Positions 21,754 to 32,251 of a stretch of 64,000 bases of DNA are shown here, in pieces. Both the position numbers and the translations under genes were made by a program. The stretch is from a bacterium. GTDB lineage: Bacteria > Margulisbacteria > Marinamargulisbacteria > GCA-2716485 > JAYNIM01. Position 1 is the first letter of the stretch. Each line of letters begins with the position of its first letter. The stretch covers positions 645,081 through 709,080 of the forward strand of contig JAYNIM010000001.1 in the NCBI GenBank assembly GCA_038109055.1, written 5' to 3'. Under the pieces are notes generated by a model. The model did not search any database, was not told the DNA's origin, and saw only the letters and a program-made list of their open reading frames with translations.

Positions 21754-22661
21754 TCTGTCATTAAGTGTGTGAGTGCTGTTTCTATTTCTTTAAATTTAAA
21801 TCTAAAACCATGATCCATTATTTTTTTAGGCGTGACTTTTTGCCCTTCACAAAACATCTGCGCCATCTCACCTAACCCTAGTCTAAGGACTGACTCTGGT
21901 ATTGTTAGCCAACATGGTCTTTTATAAGACGTTGCTAATTTACTACAAAATGTTTTCACTGAAATGTGCTCGGGCGCGACACAATTGATAGGCCCTGAAA
22001 TATTTTTATGGGCCATAATATAGGCAAGTATTTCACAAACATCCTGATAATGTATCCAAGGAAAGGACTGTGTCCCCGGGCCCATACAGTGTCCGACATA
22101 GTATTTAAATAATCGACTTAATTGTTGATAAGCGCCTCCCTTTTTACCTAACACAATGCCTAAACGTAATCTCACTACCCGAGATGTTTTTTCTGCAGGA
22201 CTGACACTCTTCTCCCAATCTTGACACATTTTTCCTATAAAATCCGTAGCTAATACTGCATCTTCGTCACAACTATCTTGGCCTGATAGATCTGTTGCAC
22301 TGGGATATACACCAATGGCTGATGCATTGATATATAGCGACACCTGTGTTTTTCCACTTGCAATGACCGTTGCTAATGCCTGACTGGGAACACATCGGCT
22401 GTCGGAGAGTATTTTTTTCCGTTTCTTGGTCCATACCCCTCCTATAATTGCTGCTCCGCAGAGATTTATGACGACATCCGTCTCTTTCAAATATCCTAAA
22501 AAACTATCTGAATTCTCAGGATCCCAGAATAATTGCTGGCTATTCTTGGGGCGACGACTTAGTACCTGTACCTGATGACCATTTTCTTTTAGAAATGTGC
22601 TGAGATAATGTCCTAAAAAGCCACTTCCTCCTGCAATAATAATATTTTTTTGGTTGTTCAT
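21750..22661 (-). CDS. TIGR01777/YfcH-family NAD-dependent epimerase
   Basis: GGSGFLG, NLCGA, CQDWE, RLGIVLG, PWIH. Confidence 0.93.
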   Translation of the reverse strand: MNNQKNIIIAGGSGFLGHYLSTFLKENGHQVQVLSRRPKNSQQLFWDPENSDSFLGYLKETDVVINLCGAAIIGGVWTKKRKKILSDSRCVPSQALATVIASGKTQVSLYINASAIGVYPSATDLSGQDSCDEDAVLATDFIGKMCQDWEKSVSPAEKTSRVVRLRLGIVLGKKGGAYQQLSRLFKYYVGHCMGPGTQSFPWIHYQDVCEILAYIMAHKNISGPINCVAPEHISVKTFCSKLATSYKRPCWLTIPESVLRLGLGEMAQMFCEGQKVTPKKIMDHGFRFKFKEIETALTHLMTD

Positions 22662-22745
22662 CTATTTTCTAGATAGTACTTCAATCTTTTACCCTCGTAA
22701 ATAAATGTCTTCCCTCCTAACTTCATTTCTTCTATCATAATGACT

Positions 22746-23171
22746 ATGTCTTCAAAAATCTGTCCTTTTCATGCTGCTTTTCCTGTCTCTGACATTGCTG
22801 TTTCTAAAGAATTTTACAGCTCTGTATTAGGATGTACATTGGGTAGAAGCTCTGATTCTTGGATTGATATTAATTTCTTTGGCCATCAACTTGTCTTTCA
22901 TTATGTCAAAGATTTTACTATCAAAAACTACGTTAATCCGGTTGATAATCAACAGATTCCTGTTCCTCATTTTGGCGTTGTCTTGACATGGTCAGATTGG
23001 GAGAAACTTGCTTCTCGTCTACAAAAACAGGCTATTTGTTTTGAAATCTCTCCTTATATTCGCTTTAAAGGCCAAATTGGTGAACAAGGCACAATGTTTT
23101 TTTATGATCCTCATAACTACGCCTTAGAGTTTAAATCCTTCAAGGATTCTAATCAATTATTTGCCAGTTAA
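22746..23171 (+). CDS. VOC/glyoxalase-family protein
   Basis: PFHAAFPV, FFGHQLV, VPHFG, ALEFK. Confidence 0.9.
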   Translation: MSSKICPFHAAFPVSDIAVSKEFYSSVLGCTLGRSSDSWIDINFFGHQLVFHYVKDFTIKNYVNPVDNQQIPVPHFGVVLTWSDWEKLASRLQKQAICFEISPYIRFKGQIGEQGTMFFYDPHNYALEFKSFKDSNQLFAS

Positions 23172-24367
23172 CCCCCACTTTTTTTTGACTGCTTGACGCG
23201 TACCTTACCATAGCCCTTATCTTGCGGAAGTATAGGGCTTGGTATAAATCCTTCTATAGATTGCCTTTTAATTTTTTGTTTTAACAGACGTTCTATATTT
23301 GATAGATAGTCTATCTCATCTTTTGAGACCAATGATACCGCTTGTCCATTCGTCCCTGCTCTACCTGTTCGTCCTATGCGATGAACATAATCACTTGGAA
23401 CATTAGGTAAGTCATGATTAATCACAAGAGGCAGTTGATCTATATCTAAGCCTCTTGCTGCAATATCTGTTGCAACTAAAAAGTTAATTTTACCTTGTTT
23501 AAAATCTGCCAATGCTTTTGTCCTTGCACCTTGGCGCTTATCCCCATGAATAGCTGCAGATTTAAATTTGGCCTTATTTAATTTTTTTGTTAATTTATCT
23601 GCACCATATTTAGTACGTGTAAAAATCAATGCTTGATGCCAGCCTTTTTCTTGTAGGAGATAGATTAATAACGTTGATTTTTGTGCTTTATCTATTGAAT
23701 ACATCCAATGTATCACTGTTTCTGCAGCTGAATTTTTTGGAGAGACTGAAATTTCGGTTGGATTGCTTAATATCCCTTTCGCTAAGAGTTGTATTTGTCT
23801 TGAAAAAGTTGCTGAAAACATTAAATTTTGTCTGTTTTTAGGTAATTTTGAAATAATCTTTCGGATATCATGGATAAAGCCCATATCCAACATTCGATCA
23901 GCTTCATCTAAAACGAGAACTTCTAGGTGGTTAAAGCGAACGGCACCTTGGCGATATAAATCTAATAGCCGCCCTGGGGTTGCGACCAATAAATCGACCC
24001 CAGGACGTAGCTTTCTAATTTGTGGGTTTATGTTCACACCCCCAAAAACAACAGTGGATTTTAAGGCTGTATATTTACCATAAATTAAAATATTTTCAGC
24101 AATCTGAGCGGCTAATTCTCTGGTCGGGGTTAAAATCAAACAACGTGCTTGATTTTGTTCTGCTGGAGGGCCTGACTCTAAATTTTGTAAAACAGGTAAT
24201 ACAAAGGCTGCCGTTTTTCCCGTGCCTGTTTGTGCAGCTCCCATTAAATCTTTTTTATCTAAAATAACGGGGATACTTTGTTCTTGAATGGGGGATGCTT
24301 TTCTGTAACCATATTCTGAAATTGCATCTAAAAGTGGTTGTTTTAAGCCTAGTTTTTGAAATGTCAT
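23168..24367 (-). CDS. rhlE: DEAD-box RNA helicase (RhlE-like)
   Basis: AQTGTGKT, PTRELA, DEAD, SAT, HRIGRTGR. Confidence 0.92.
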   Translation of the reverse strand: MTFQKLGLKQPLLDAISEYGYRKASPIQEQSIPVILDKKDLMGAAQTGTGKTAAFVLPVLQNLESGPPAEQNQARCLILTPTRELAAQIAENILIYGKYTALKSTVVFGGVNINPQIRKLRPGVDLLVATPGRLLDLYRQGAVRFNHLEVLVLDEADRMLDMGFIHDIRKIISKLPKNRQNLMFSATFSRQIQLLAKGILSNPTEISVSPKNSAAETVIHWMYSIDKAQKSTLLIYLLQEKGWHQALIFTRTKYGADKLTKKLNKAKFKSAAIHGDKRQGARTKALADFKQGKINFLVATDIAARGLDIDQLPLVINHDLPNVPSDYVHRIGRTGRAGTNGQAVSLVSKDEIDYLSNIERLLKQKIKRQSIEGFIPSPILPQDKGYGKVRVKQSKKSGG

Positions 24368-24536
24368 GATTGTTTTAGTTTTTATTCCTTTTTTTTATAT
24401 TAGCCTACTTCTTGTATTGTCGCGATAGTTTTAGCTCTTTATTTTTTGGCTGTTATTTTTTAAACGTAGTCCCACTCTACTTACTCTTTTCACTTTTGCC
24501 CTCTATATTAGGCTCACTTTAAGCTATACTGGTGTT

Positions 24537-24791
24537 ATGGCCAAACTGGTATTAGATTTACATGATATATTCAATAAAGGAAAAAAAATAGAGTCTGAAC
24601 TTAACCGCATCATATCAGAGGCTGTGACAAAAAAAGTTAAAGAAATCGAAATTATTCCTGGGAAAGGCTCTGGTCAACTTAAAAAAAAAGTATTGCGTTT
24701 TTTAAATCAAACACATATCAAGTCTCAATACCACAGAATCGTTAAAGACAGTAAAAATTTTGGGCGTTTATTTGTATATTTCAAGCATTAG
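24537..24791 (+). CDS. Stand-alone Smr-domain protein
   Basis: LDLHD, IIPGKGSGQLKK, NFG. Confidence 0.88.
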   Translation: MAKLVLDLHDIFNKGKKIESELNRIISEAVTKKVKEIEIIPGKGSGQLKKKVLRFLNQTHIKSQYHRIVKDSKNFGRLFVYFKH

Positions 24792-25552
24792 CCAAAGGTA
24801 GCAATAATGATGGCCTTCACAAATAAAACGCCTACAATTACTTTCTTAAAAATTGTCTCTGAAAAATATTTTGAACAACTCCAGCCTAAAAACAAGCCGA
24901 TTATGACCGCTGGGACCAGCTTTAGTACTTGATTTATAAGGATGGGGTTAATTAAATGATGCTGGGAATGTAGTAAAATAGTCACGCTATTCATCGCGAC
25001 ATAAAACAAGAGCATTTTTGTTTTAAATAATGCTATGTCCAATTTTTTTTGAGATAAAAAATAGGCAAGTATGGGGCCACTTAAGGCAACAGAACATTGT
25101 ACAAATCCAGTTACCCCACCTACTATCAACAAATATAGTGCATTATTTTTTGTTTTGATTTTTACGTCTAATAATAGTAATGTAGCCATTACTAAAATTA
25201 AGAGAGCTACATAAAATTTGAAATAATTAATGTCGATATACTTTAGTACTAATGTGCTAGGATAGGACACTATCAATCCTCCTAGAATCAAATACCAAGC
25301 ACTTGCTGCCTTTTTTATATACCCTCGATAATGGAACAACATGACGACATTGACGATAAGAGACATACAAATGAACAAGCCAATTAATGATTTGTATTGA
25401 TAGCCTAAAATAAATAGTAATGGCATTCCTAAAATTACAAAACCAAACCCAATAATACCTTGTATGAAGCAGGCCCCTCCAAAAACAAGGAAAAAAATCA
25501 ATAAATCTTGAGAACTTGCTAAGAGTTGCATAATACAAACAAAATACGTCAT
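24788..25552 (-). CDS. TauE/SafE-family permease (start uncertain)
   Basis: QGIIGFGF, SGP, about 8 TMs. Confidence 0.82.
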   Translation of the reverse strand: MTYFVCIMQLLASSQDLLIFFLVFGGACFIQGIIGFGFVILGMPLLFILGYQYKSLIGLFICMSLIVNVVMLFHYRGYIKKAASAWYLILGGLIVSYPSTLVLKYIDINYFKFYVALLILVMATLLLLDVKIKTKNNALYLLIVGGVTGFVQCSVALSGPILAYFLSQKKLDIALFKTKMLLFYVAMNSVTILLHSQHHLINPILINQVLKLVPAVIIGLFLGWSCSKYFSETIFKKVIVGVLFVKAIIIATFG

Positions 25553-25600
25553 AATTATGATAATTCCAAGTTTGGTATTTTAAAAAAGGGAGTTTTTGCT

Positions 25601-26014
25601 ATGAATTTTGGTATGACCGTTCTTCGTGTTTCTATGGGGTTGACGATGCTTTTTGGGCATGGTGTGCCTAAGTTATTTTCTTATTCATTTATTGCGACTA
25701 AATTTCCAGACCCCTTCTTCATTGGTGCCCCATTAAGTTTGGGCTTGGTTATTTTTGCAGAATTCTTCTGTTCTATATTGCTTATTTTTGGAACTGCACT
25801 CCGCCTTGCCTTGATCCCCTTAATTGTGACCATGGCAACGGCTGTTTTTCTGATTCATGGGGCTGATCCTTTTGCCAAAAAAGAGCTCGCTCTTCTTTAT
25901 CTCTGTGGGTACTGTAGTCTTTTTGTTGGCGGTGGTGGTTGTTTTGCATTTCACTTTTCTCGATTTGTCCCAGATAATCTGTTTTTTAATTGGTTATTTG
26001 ATATCCCTCGCTAG
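25601..26014 (+). CDS. DoxX-family membrane protein
   Basis: LRVSMGLTMLFGHGVPK, AEF, KELALLY; SD gggag before ATG 25601. Confidence 0.9.
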   Translation: MNFGMTVLRVSMGLTMLFGHGVPKLFSYSFIATKFPDPFFIGAPLSLGLVIFAEFFCSILLIFGTALRLALIPLIVTMATAVFLIHGADPFAKKELALLYLCGYCSLFVGGGGCFAFHFSRFVPDNLFFNWLFDIPR

Positions 26015-26025
26015 CATTACTGCGT

Positions 26026-26409
26026 TTGATGCCTTTCAGACCCTTTTTCCTCAGCCTTATTATTTTTATATATCTTCCTCCCTATTTGTTGGAAGCTAAG
26101 GCTTTGTCTATGAACACTGATTTTTTGAAAAAGACCTTTAATTTAAGCCCTCAACAACTTTCTTCTGTTAAAAAAATTAATCGCAAATATAAAAAGCGTT
26201 TTGATGATAATCGTGTTCGCCTTAGTTTTTATACTATGCAAATCAAACAACTTGAGGCATCTGACACTCCTGATCTAGCGCGTATTCGCCTACTCTTGGA
26301 TGAACGTTCTCCCATCAAAAACACTATTTATATTGATCGCATTAAACATCGTCTTGCTATACAGCAGCTATTAACGCCTCAACAACGTCTTCTATTAGAG
26401 ACCCCTTAG
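26026..26409 (+). CDS. Spy/CpxP-like periplasmic protein
   Basis: Signal peptide; LSPQQ and LTPQQ (LTxxQ) motifs. Confidence 0.75.
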   Translation: MMPFRPFFLSLIIFIYLPPYLLEAKALSMNTDFLKKTFNLSPQQLSSVKKINRKYKKRFDDNRVRLSFYTMQIKQLEASDTPDLARIRLLLDERSPIKNTIYIDRIKHRLAIQQLLTPQQRLLLETP

Positions 26410-26466
26410 CCATCATCCTTTACTTGTTGTTGCTTAGATCTTTTCATTTAGGGTATTCTTGTCCTT

Positions 26467-26997
26467 GTGTTAGTTATTCTTGTTAAGATTCTTAAGCAAT
26501 TAATTACGCTCATTTTAGATCATCGTAATCGTCAGCAAATCGCATATGGGGTTGCCTTTTCTGCGTTTTTTGGCTTATTGCCTTTCAACTTCCTCCTTTT
26601 TGTCCTGCTTTTGTTTATACTTTGTCTCTTTAAATTTAATCTATCCTCTATTTTTTTTGGTGCATTAATATTTAAACTATTGCGTGTTGCTTTGGACCCT
26701 GTTTCGGATTTTTTGGGTTATTTTTTATTGGTTACCTGTACGCCACTCGTTCATTTTTGGACCTTCCTTTATAACAGCCCTGTTTTTCCCTGGCTAAACT
26801 TTAACCATACCTTGCAGTTAGGGTCCTTTGTATTAGCAACTTTGTTGTTTTTTCCTACGTATTATGGATTTTTGCAATTTTTAGATTACTTTAGACAGAC
26901 ACTTAAGCCCCGTTTGGAAAATTCTAAACTTCTTACAGTGCTCAAAGCTAGCCCTGTCTTTCATTGGGCGTTTAAAGTGAAGGATTGGATTGCCTAA
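26467..26997 (+). CDS. TIGR03546-family membrane protein
   Basis: QIAYG, GLLP, FNHTLQLGS; paired with next gene. Confidence 0.85.
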   Translation: MLVILVKILKQLITLILDHRNRQQIAYGVAFSAFFGLLPFNFLLFVLLLFILCLFKFNLSSIFFGALIFKLLRVALDPVSDFLGYFLLVTCTPLVHFWTFLYNSPVFPWLNFNHTLQLGSFVLATLLFFPTYYGFLQFLDYFRQTLKPRLENSKLLTVLKASPVFHWAFKVKDWIA

Positions 26998-28853
26998 TGT
27001 TACGTATTAAAGGTGTTATTGCGTTTCTTATTCTTTTCTCTTTTTTGACTGTCTTTTCTTTTTTCTTTTTGGACAATCTTCTTTGTCGACAGCTCGTCTC
27101 TATATCTGAGTCTCTTCATGGTGCCAAGGTAGATATTCGCCATAGTCGCGTTAGCTTCTCCCCTTTTGGTTTACGCTTAGGTGGGATAGAAGTAGCAGAC
27201 CCTGATCATCCCATGCAGAATATTTTTGAACTTGAGCATTTAACGATCCTGATTGATCTGTCAGCCTTGCTTCGCAAAAAACTTATTATTGAAACCCTTT
27301 CTGCGGATGGATTTCAACGCAATACCCAACGAAGATATTCTGGTGCTTTACCTAAAAACCCGTCTGTCACGCGTAAACACCCTAAACGTACGATGCCTAC
27401 ACACACACAGAAAGATGCTCTTCAGTTTTTCACCACTCTCTTTTCTCAGGCAGCAGATGTTGATGTCTCTGGGCTTTTTGATGATCAGCCACTTTCTATG
27501 AATACACGTACCCAGTCTATCCGTCACTCTATGAAACAAGACTATCAACGATCTTTTACTCAACTTAAACACGACCCTGATTTTGAAAAAGCCTTTGCTG
27601 ATATTCAACATCGCTTTTCTTCTTTTGGCTTTAAGACGTCCAATTTAATCGCTATTCAAGCGTCATTTGATGAGCTCAATACCTTAAAAGAGAACACGCA
27701 GAAACTCCGTCAGCAGTTGGCACACAAAAAAAAGACCCTTAAGACGCTTAACGACAGCTATTACACCCAGATTCTTGACCTTGATAATGCGTTTACTAAG
27801 GACCTTCGTACTGTGCTTGCTCGTTCTCCTCTCACGCAGTATAAAACGGCCTCTTTTAGCCAGCAATTTTTAAAAACACCTCTCGAAATTCGTCTTCAGC
27901 GTTATGTGGATTATTATACTAAAATTATGAGTTTTATTCCTCAAAAAAGTGCAAGGCCTTCTCCTTTATCTTCACCAAACGTTTCTAACAGACGACGTAA
28001 TCGTATCATTACCTTTCCTAATCAGCACCCCTTACCTGGATTTTGGCTTAAAACATTCTCGTTTCGTCAACAAAGTAATACAGAACATATTCATGTTGAT
28101 GTTCGGGATCTTTGCTCTGATCAAGACAAAATTCAACGCCCCTGTCGTAGCCGATTCGACTACAAAAAAGGGTCTTATAGCTCTCTCATTAAGGCGACTC
28201 TTGATCAACAAGAGGATGATCGTATCCTCACTCTCATATTTTCACATCGCGGTCTACCGATCTCTGGCCAGATATACCAATCCGCCTTATTGGATATTGA
28301 TGGGAGTGTTCGTATTGATGACGCTGAGTTGAATGGACAGATCAGACTGCAGGCGTCTCATCTTCGCTTTGATCCCCCCCTTTTAAAACACCCCTTAAGT
28401 ACGGTCTTTTTATCTGGTCTCAAAGCTCCGAAGATAGACCTCACTCTTGATGGCACCTTGTCATCGCCTGATATTATCTTATCCTCTGATATTGACCGCC
28501 ACTTTTCTGCCGCTTTTCGTTCTTATCTTTCTGCCAAAGAAGCTAAAATGCGCGCATCAATCCGTGCTCAATTACAAAGAGAATTAACGAGCAATAAAAC
28601 CCTTTTATCAAAGGACCTTCAGGGCCAACATCAACAGATGTCTCGTCTTATAGACGCTGATATTGCCCGTGTTTCTGCTTTTCAAAAACGTTTACGTGAT
28701 CAAGAAAGCTCTCTTAGAGATGCAAAGAAACGTTTAACGGCTGCTGCTGATAGACTTAAACGCAAAGCCTCTGAAGATGCTCAAAAAAGGAAGGCTACTG
28801 CTGAAGAAAAAATCAATTCCTCTTTAAATAATCAATTAAAAAAATTATTTTAA
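26997..28853 (+). CDS. TIGR03545-family protein
   Basis: RIKG..., GAKVDI, VADPDHPMQNIFE, RRYSGAL; TAATG coupling. Confidence 0.85.
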   Translation: MLRIKGVIAFLILFSFLTVFSFFFLDNLLCRQLVSISESLHGAKVDIRHSRVSFSPFGLRLGGIEVADPDHPMQNIFELEHLTILIDLSALLRKKLIIETLSADGFQRNTQRRYSGALPKNPSVTRKHPKRTMPTHTQKDALQFFTTLFSQAADVDVSGLFDDQPLSMNTRTQSIRHSMKQDYQRSFTQLKHDPDFEKAFADIQHRFSSFGFKTSNLIAIQASFDELNTLKENTQKLRQQLAHKKKTLKTLNDSYYTQILDLDNAFTKDLRTVLARSPLTQYKTASFSQQFLKTPLEIRLQRYVDYYTKIMSFIPQKSARPSPLSSPNVSNRRRNRIITFPNQHPLPGFWLKTFSFRQQSNTEHIHVDVRDLCSDQDKIQRPCRSRFDYKKGSYSSLIKATLDQQEDDRILTLIFSHRGLPISGQIYQSALLDIDGSVRIDDAELNGQIRLQASHLRFDPPLLKHPLSTVFLSGLKAPKIDLTLDGTLSSPDIILSSDIDRHFSAAFRSYLSAKEAKMRASIRAQLQRELTSNKTLLSKDLQGQHQQMSRLIDADIARVSAFQKRLRDQESSLRDAKKRLTAAADRLKRKASEDAQKRKATAEEKINSSLNNQLKKLF

Positions 28854-29839
28854 GTTTTCTCTAAGATATGCAAGGCTTCAATGGTATAGTTTGCTCGCTG
28901 TTTTCGATTGCTATCTGCTTTAAAGCGCTGATATTTTTTTTGTTTCACGTGATATCTTCCATAGCGCTGCATACAGGCTTGGATTTGTTCATCAGACATA
29001 AGTCCTTCATTATTATAACTTAAAAAAATATACTTAAATTGGGCATTTTTAATGAGTTCTTCAAATGCTGTTAATACCTTTCTTTTTTTACAATACAGTG
29101 ATTTCTTATAGTCACGCATCCCTGAAATACCTTTGGGTCTAATTGTATCGTAAGACGCAATCGTATTCAGAATATGATAGTAGTTTCCGTATTGTCGATT
29201 GTTATAAGGAGGGTCTAAATATAAAATATCCCCGCTAATTGACGTGATTAATTGGTTGGCGTCTTTTTGATACACCTGATGTTTTGTTTCGGTATGTTGA
29301 TAAGTAGCAGGTTGCAGCCATAATGGTTTTTGGGCTGAAGCTTTTAGTTTTTTTAGAAAAGAGGCATAAACGGAGGCGGTATTGGCGACTTTGTCACTAG
29401 CCTCTAATAAGCTGGCTAATAAGAAATAGTATTGATCTGCCCCGATTGTTTTGTCTTGATACCACTGCTCTATTTGTTGACGTTGTGCATCTATTTTTTG
29501 TCCATTCTCATCACTAAAATATTGACGTTGACTGCCACTACCCAAACAATAATGTTGATAAATCACCCCTGCTTTCCCTGGTAATTCATTTAGCTGATGA
29601 ATGTATTTTGTCGTCGTCATAGGCTGATGATTTCCGATATAATTTCTAATCAGCACATATGAAAAATACTCTAAATCATTGGCAATAACTTGTTTTACCT
29701 TTGTTTTCATCTTTGCAGCTACAATACCTGTTCCTGAAAATAAATCGCAAAAACAACGCGTCTTTAACTCTCCTACGACCTCCTGTATCGTTTGTTGAAT
29801 TAACTGAAATAATTTACGCTTGGATCCGATATAATTCAT
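28850..29839 (-). CDS. N6-adenine DNA methyltransferase, M.NlaIII-like (probably CATG)
   Basis: MNYIGSK, DLFSGTG, DPPY, LSYNNEG; close to M.NlaIII as recalled. Confidence 0.9.
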   Translation of the reverse strand: MNYIGSKRKLFQLIQQTIQEVVGELKTRCFCDLFSGTGIVAAKMKTKVKQVIANDLEYFSYVLIRNYIGNHQPMTTTKYIHQLNELPGKAGVIYQHYCLGSGSQRQYFSDENGQKIDAQRQQIEQWYQDKTIGADQYYFLLASLLEASDKVANTASVYASFLKKLKASAQKPLWLQPATYQHTETKHQVYQKDANQLITSISGDILYLDPPYNNRQYGNYYHILNTIASYDTIRPKGISGMRDYKKSLYCKKRKVLTAFEELIKNAQFKYIFLSYNNEGLMSDEQIQACMQRYGRYHVKQKKYQRFKADSNRKQRANYTIEALHILEKT

Positions 29840-29939
29840 GATAATTTTGCCTAGTTTAACACAGATCTCTTCGCTTCAATACTGATATAATTCTGTCTAA
29901 AAATTGCAATTTATACCTATAAATGCTAGTTTTGTCCTT

Positions 29940-30356
29940 ATGAATTTAACAAGCTTCTCCTTCAAAAAAGGATATTTAGCCTATATTTTATCCATCACCT
30001 GTCTGTTTCATTGCATTCTCACGCCTTTTTTGCTTGTTGCATCTCCATTGATGGGTCACTTTTTCGAGTCGTTATGGATCGAATTATCTGTCTTATCTTT
30101 TTCGATGCTTTGCGGTGTTTTGATTATTTTTACGGGCTATTGCAAACACAAACGTATTCATACTTGTTGTCTTTTTGCCTTGGGTACTTTTTTTTGGATC
30201 CTGCATGCCTTACTTGGACATGACCATGGGGTGATGTCTGATTTATTCCTTTTATCTTTAGGTTCTTGCTTTGTAATTGCCTCTTATTATTTCAATCATC
30301 GTTTTTTAAATTGTTGTCACAGTGAATCTGCTTGTGACAACACTCACCCTCATTAG
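29940..30356 (+). CDS. MerC-domain membrane protein, Cys/His-rich
   Basis: SITCLFHCILTP, 4 TMs, His-rich tail. Confidence 0.8.
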   Translation: MNLTSFSFKKGYLAYILSITCLFHCILTPFLLVASPLMGHFFESLWIELSVLSFSMLCGVLIIFTGYCKHKRIHTCCLFALGTFFWILHALLGHDHGVMSDLFLLSLGSCFVIASYYFNHRFLNCCHSESACDNTHPH

Positions 30357-32188
30357 TTTAAAAACTGCTCTGACTTCTCTTTCAGATTCCTTAGCTTTTT
30401 GTAGTCTATCTGAGTATTTTTATCTTCTATGTTATGAACACTGTAGCTTTCCACCCTTGGTTTCACAGTATAAATATCATCATCGATAAAATAGCTGATC
30501 TCTTGGTAGTTCTTTAAAATGGCGTCTCGTGATCCTTTTCTACTAAATAAATCCATGCCTGAACTAAACTCATTGAATGGGTTGTTAACATCTAAGACAT
30601 GTTTCATTAGCGTTGGCACAATATCCACATGAAACGTTCGTTTCACATGAACCTGCCCCTGTTGTTGCTTGGGCATTTTAATCATTAAAGGCACCCCTAT
30701 TTGATATTTTGTAAAGTTACTGCCATGTCCCCAATAGCCTTGACCATTGTCATTGAATTCTTCTCCATGATCAGAGGTTAAAATAATCAATGTATCTTCA
30801 TAAACACCCTGTTTTTTTAAGGTACGAATACATTGTGCAAATAATGAATCTATAAACAGTAATGAATTTTGATAATCATTCACAAAGGGCCTGGCATCTA
30901 GCTGTTTGTTAAACACAAATGCCTCGCTGTTTTTGGGTATTGGTAGAAAGGTTTTATAGCTATCTGTATAACTATAGGGATGATGAGAGGCGGCTACAAA
31001 GATAAATTTAAACCAGGGACGGTCTTTTGGCTCCTGTTTGATGGACTCAATCACTTTTTTAAGGACATACTGATCATTTTCGATACTCGTCTTGTGAATT
31101 TTATACTTAAAGTGTTCATCAGAAATATCTGCAAAAAAAATAGACTTTAATCTAAAACGATCTAAATTTGTACTGGTATATGCCTCTATTTGATAGCCAC
31201 GTTCTTTTAATGATTTGACCAATATACTCTGATACCTTAACGGATCCGTTTTAACATAGGCCCAATAGTTGGGAGATAAACCTGTCATCAATGAAAATAA
31301 GCCACTTGCTGTTACGCTTCCGTTGCTGTAGTGCTGTGTAAAATGATGACTTTTTTTAGCAAACTCGGCTATATGGGGTGTTATATCTTTGCTTACTTTA
31401 TCTCTTCTCCAACTTTCTACAACAAAAACTATGATATTGGGCGCTTTCTGCTTACTTTGATTAAACTGTAATGTCCTGCTTGGAAATGTAAATAACTCCT
31501 TTGACTTTTCTTGTATGACGATCTCTTTATTCGGATCTAGTGGACTTACTTTTGGAAAATAACGGGGAAACTCCTTCTTTAAGAATCCCATCGTATCACT
31601 AGATGTTGTGGGGCTGTAATAAGGGACATACGCGGTATATTTAGTAATATCTTCTTTGTTGTACTCATTGGCCCAAATATGCAAGGATTGTCCCAAAACA
31701 AACAGCCCTATTATCAAAGCAGCTGCATAATATAAACGGTAAGAGTCGCTTTTAACCTTTATATAAATCCAGGTATTGATGGCAATCACGGCGCTGAATG
31801 CTGATATTGAAAAAAGAATGAACCCCGAGGAAAACCCAAATCCTTTAAAATCAAATATCAGCATATTAATAAATAATGGATCGATATGTGTTTTGTAGGT
31901 TTTAAAAACAAAAAAATCAGCCAATAACACGATATCAACAAGTGATTTAGGCCCTACAATCAGATAGTTCACATAAGGTAGCTTGTATAAAGGGACAACT
32001 AATAGTGTCAGAATTACAATAAGTAGCCAGTAATAACTAGGAATGGATAGCAGATATATCCCTGCTCGAATGGTTTCTATTTCTCCTGTCAAACTAAAAA
32101 AACATAGTAATAATGTTAGCGTGATTGCAAAACTAAGCGTGATAAAGTGGTAAGTTTTATATACGCTTTCGATGAGTCCCTTTATCAT
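30353..32188 (-). CDS. YejM/PbgA-like membrane sulfatase-domain protein
   Basis: About 5 N-terminal TMs; PNII..ESWR, HYSNG, TSDHGEEF, WGHGSNF. Confidence 0.85.
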   Translation of the reverse strand: MIKGLIESVYKTYHFITLSFAITLTLLLCFFSLTGEIETIRAGIYLLSIPSYYWLLIVILTLLVVPLYKLPYVNYLIVGPKSLVDIVLLADFFVFKTYKTHIDPLFINMLIFDFKGFGFSSGFILFSISAFSAVIAINTWIYIKVKSDSYRLYYAAALIIGLFVLGQSLHIWANEYNKEDITKYTAYVPYYSPTTSSDTMGFLKKEFPRYFPKVSPLDPNKEIVIQEKSKELFTFPSRTLQFNQSKQKAPNIIVFVVESWRRDKVSKDITPHIAEFAKKSHHFTQHYSNGSVTASGLFSLMTGLSPNYWAYVKTDPLRYQSILVKSLKERGYQIEAYTSTNLDRFRLKSIFFADISDEHFKYKIHKTSIENDQYVLKKVIESIKQEPKDRPWFKFIFVAASHHPYSYTDSYKTFLPIPKNSEAFVFNKQLDARPFVNDYQNSLLFIDSLFAQCIRTLKKQGVYEDTLIILTSDHGEEFNDNGQGYWGHGSNFTKYQIGVPLMIKMPKQQQGQVHVKRTFHVDIVPTLMKHVLDVNNPFNEFSSGMDLFSRKGSRDAILKNYQEISYFIDDDIYTVKPRVESYSVHNIEDKNTQIDYKKLRNLKEKSEQFLN

Positions 32189-32251
32189 ATCTATCCCTTT
32201 TTTAAATCTGATGGTTATTGATAAAAGTATATACGCTCATGTTTGTTTTTG

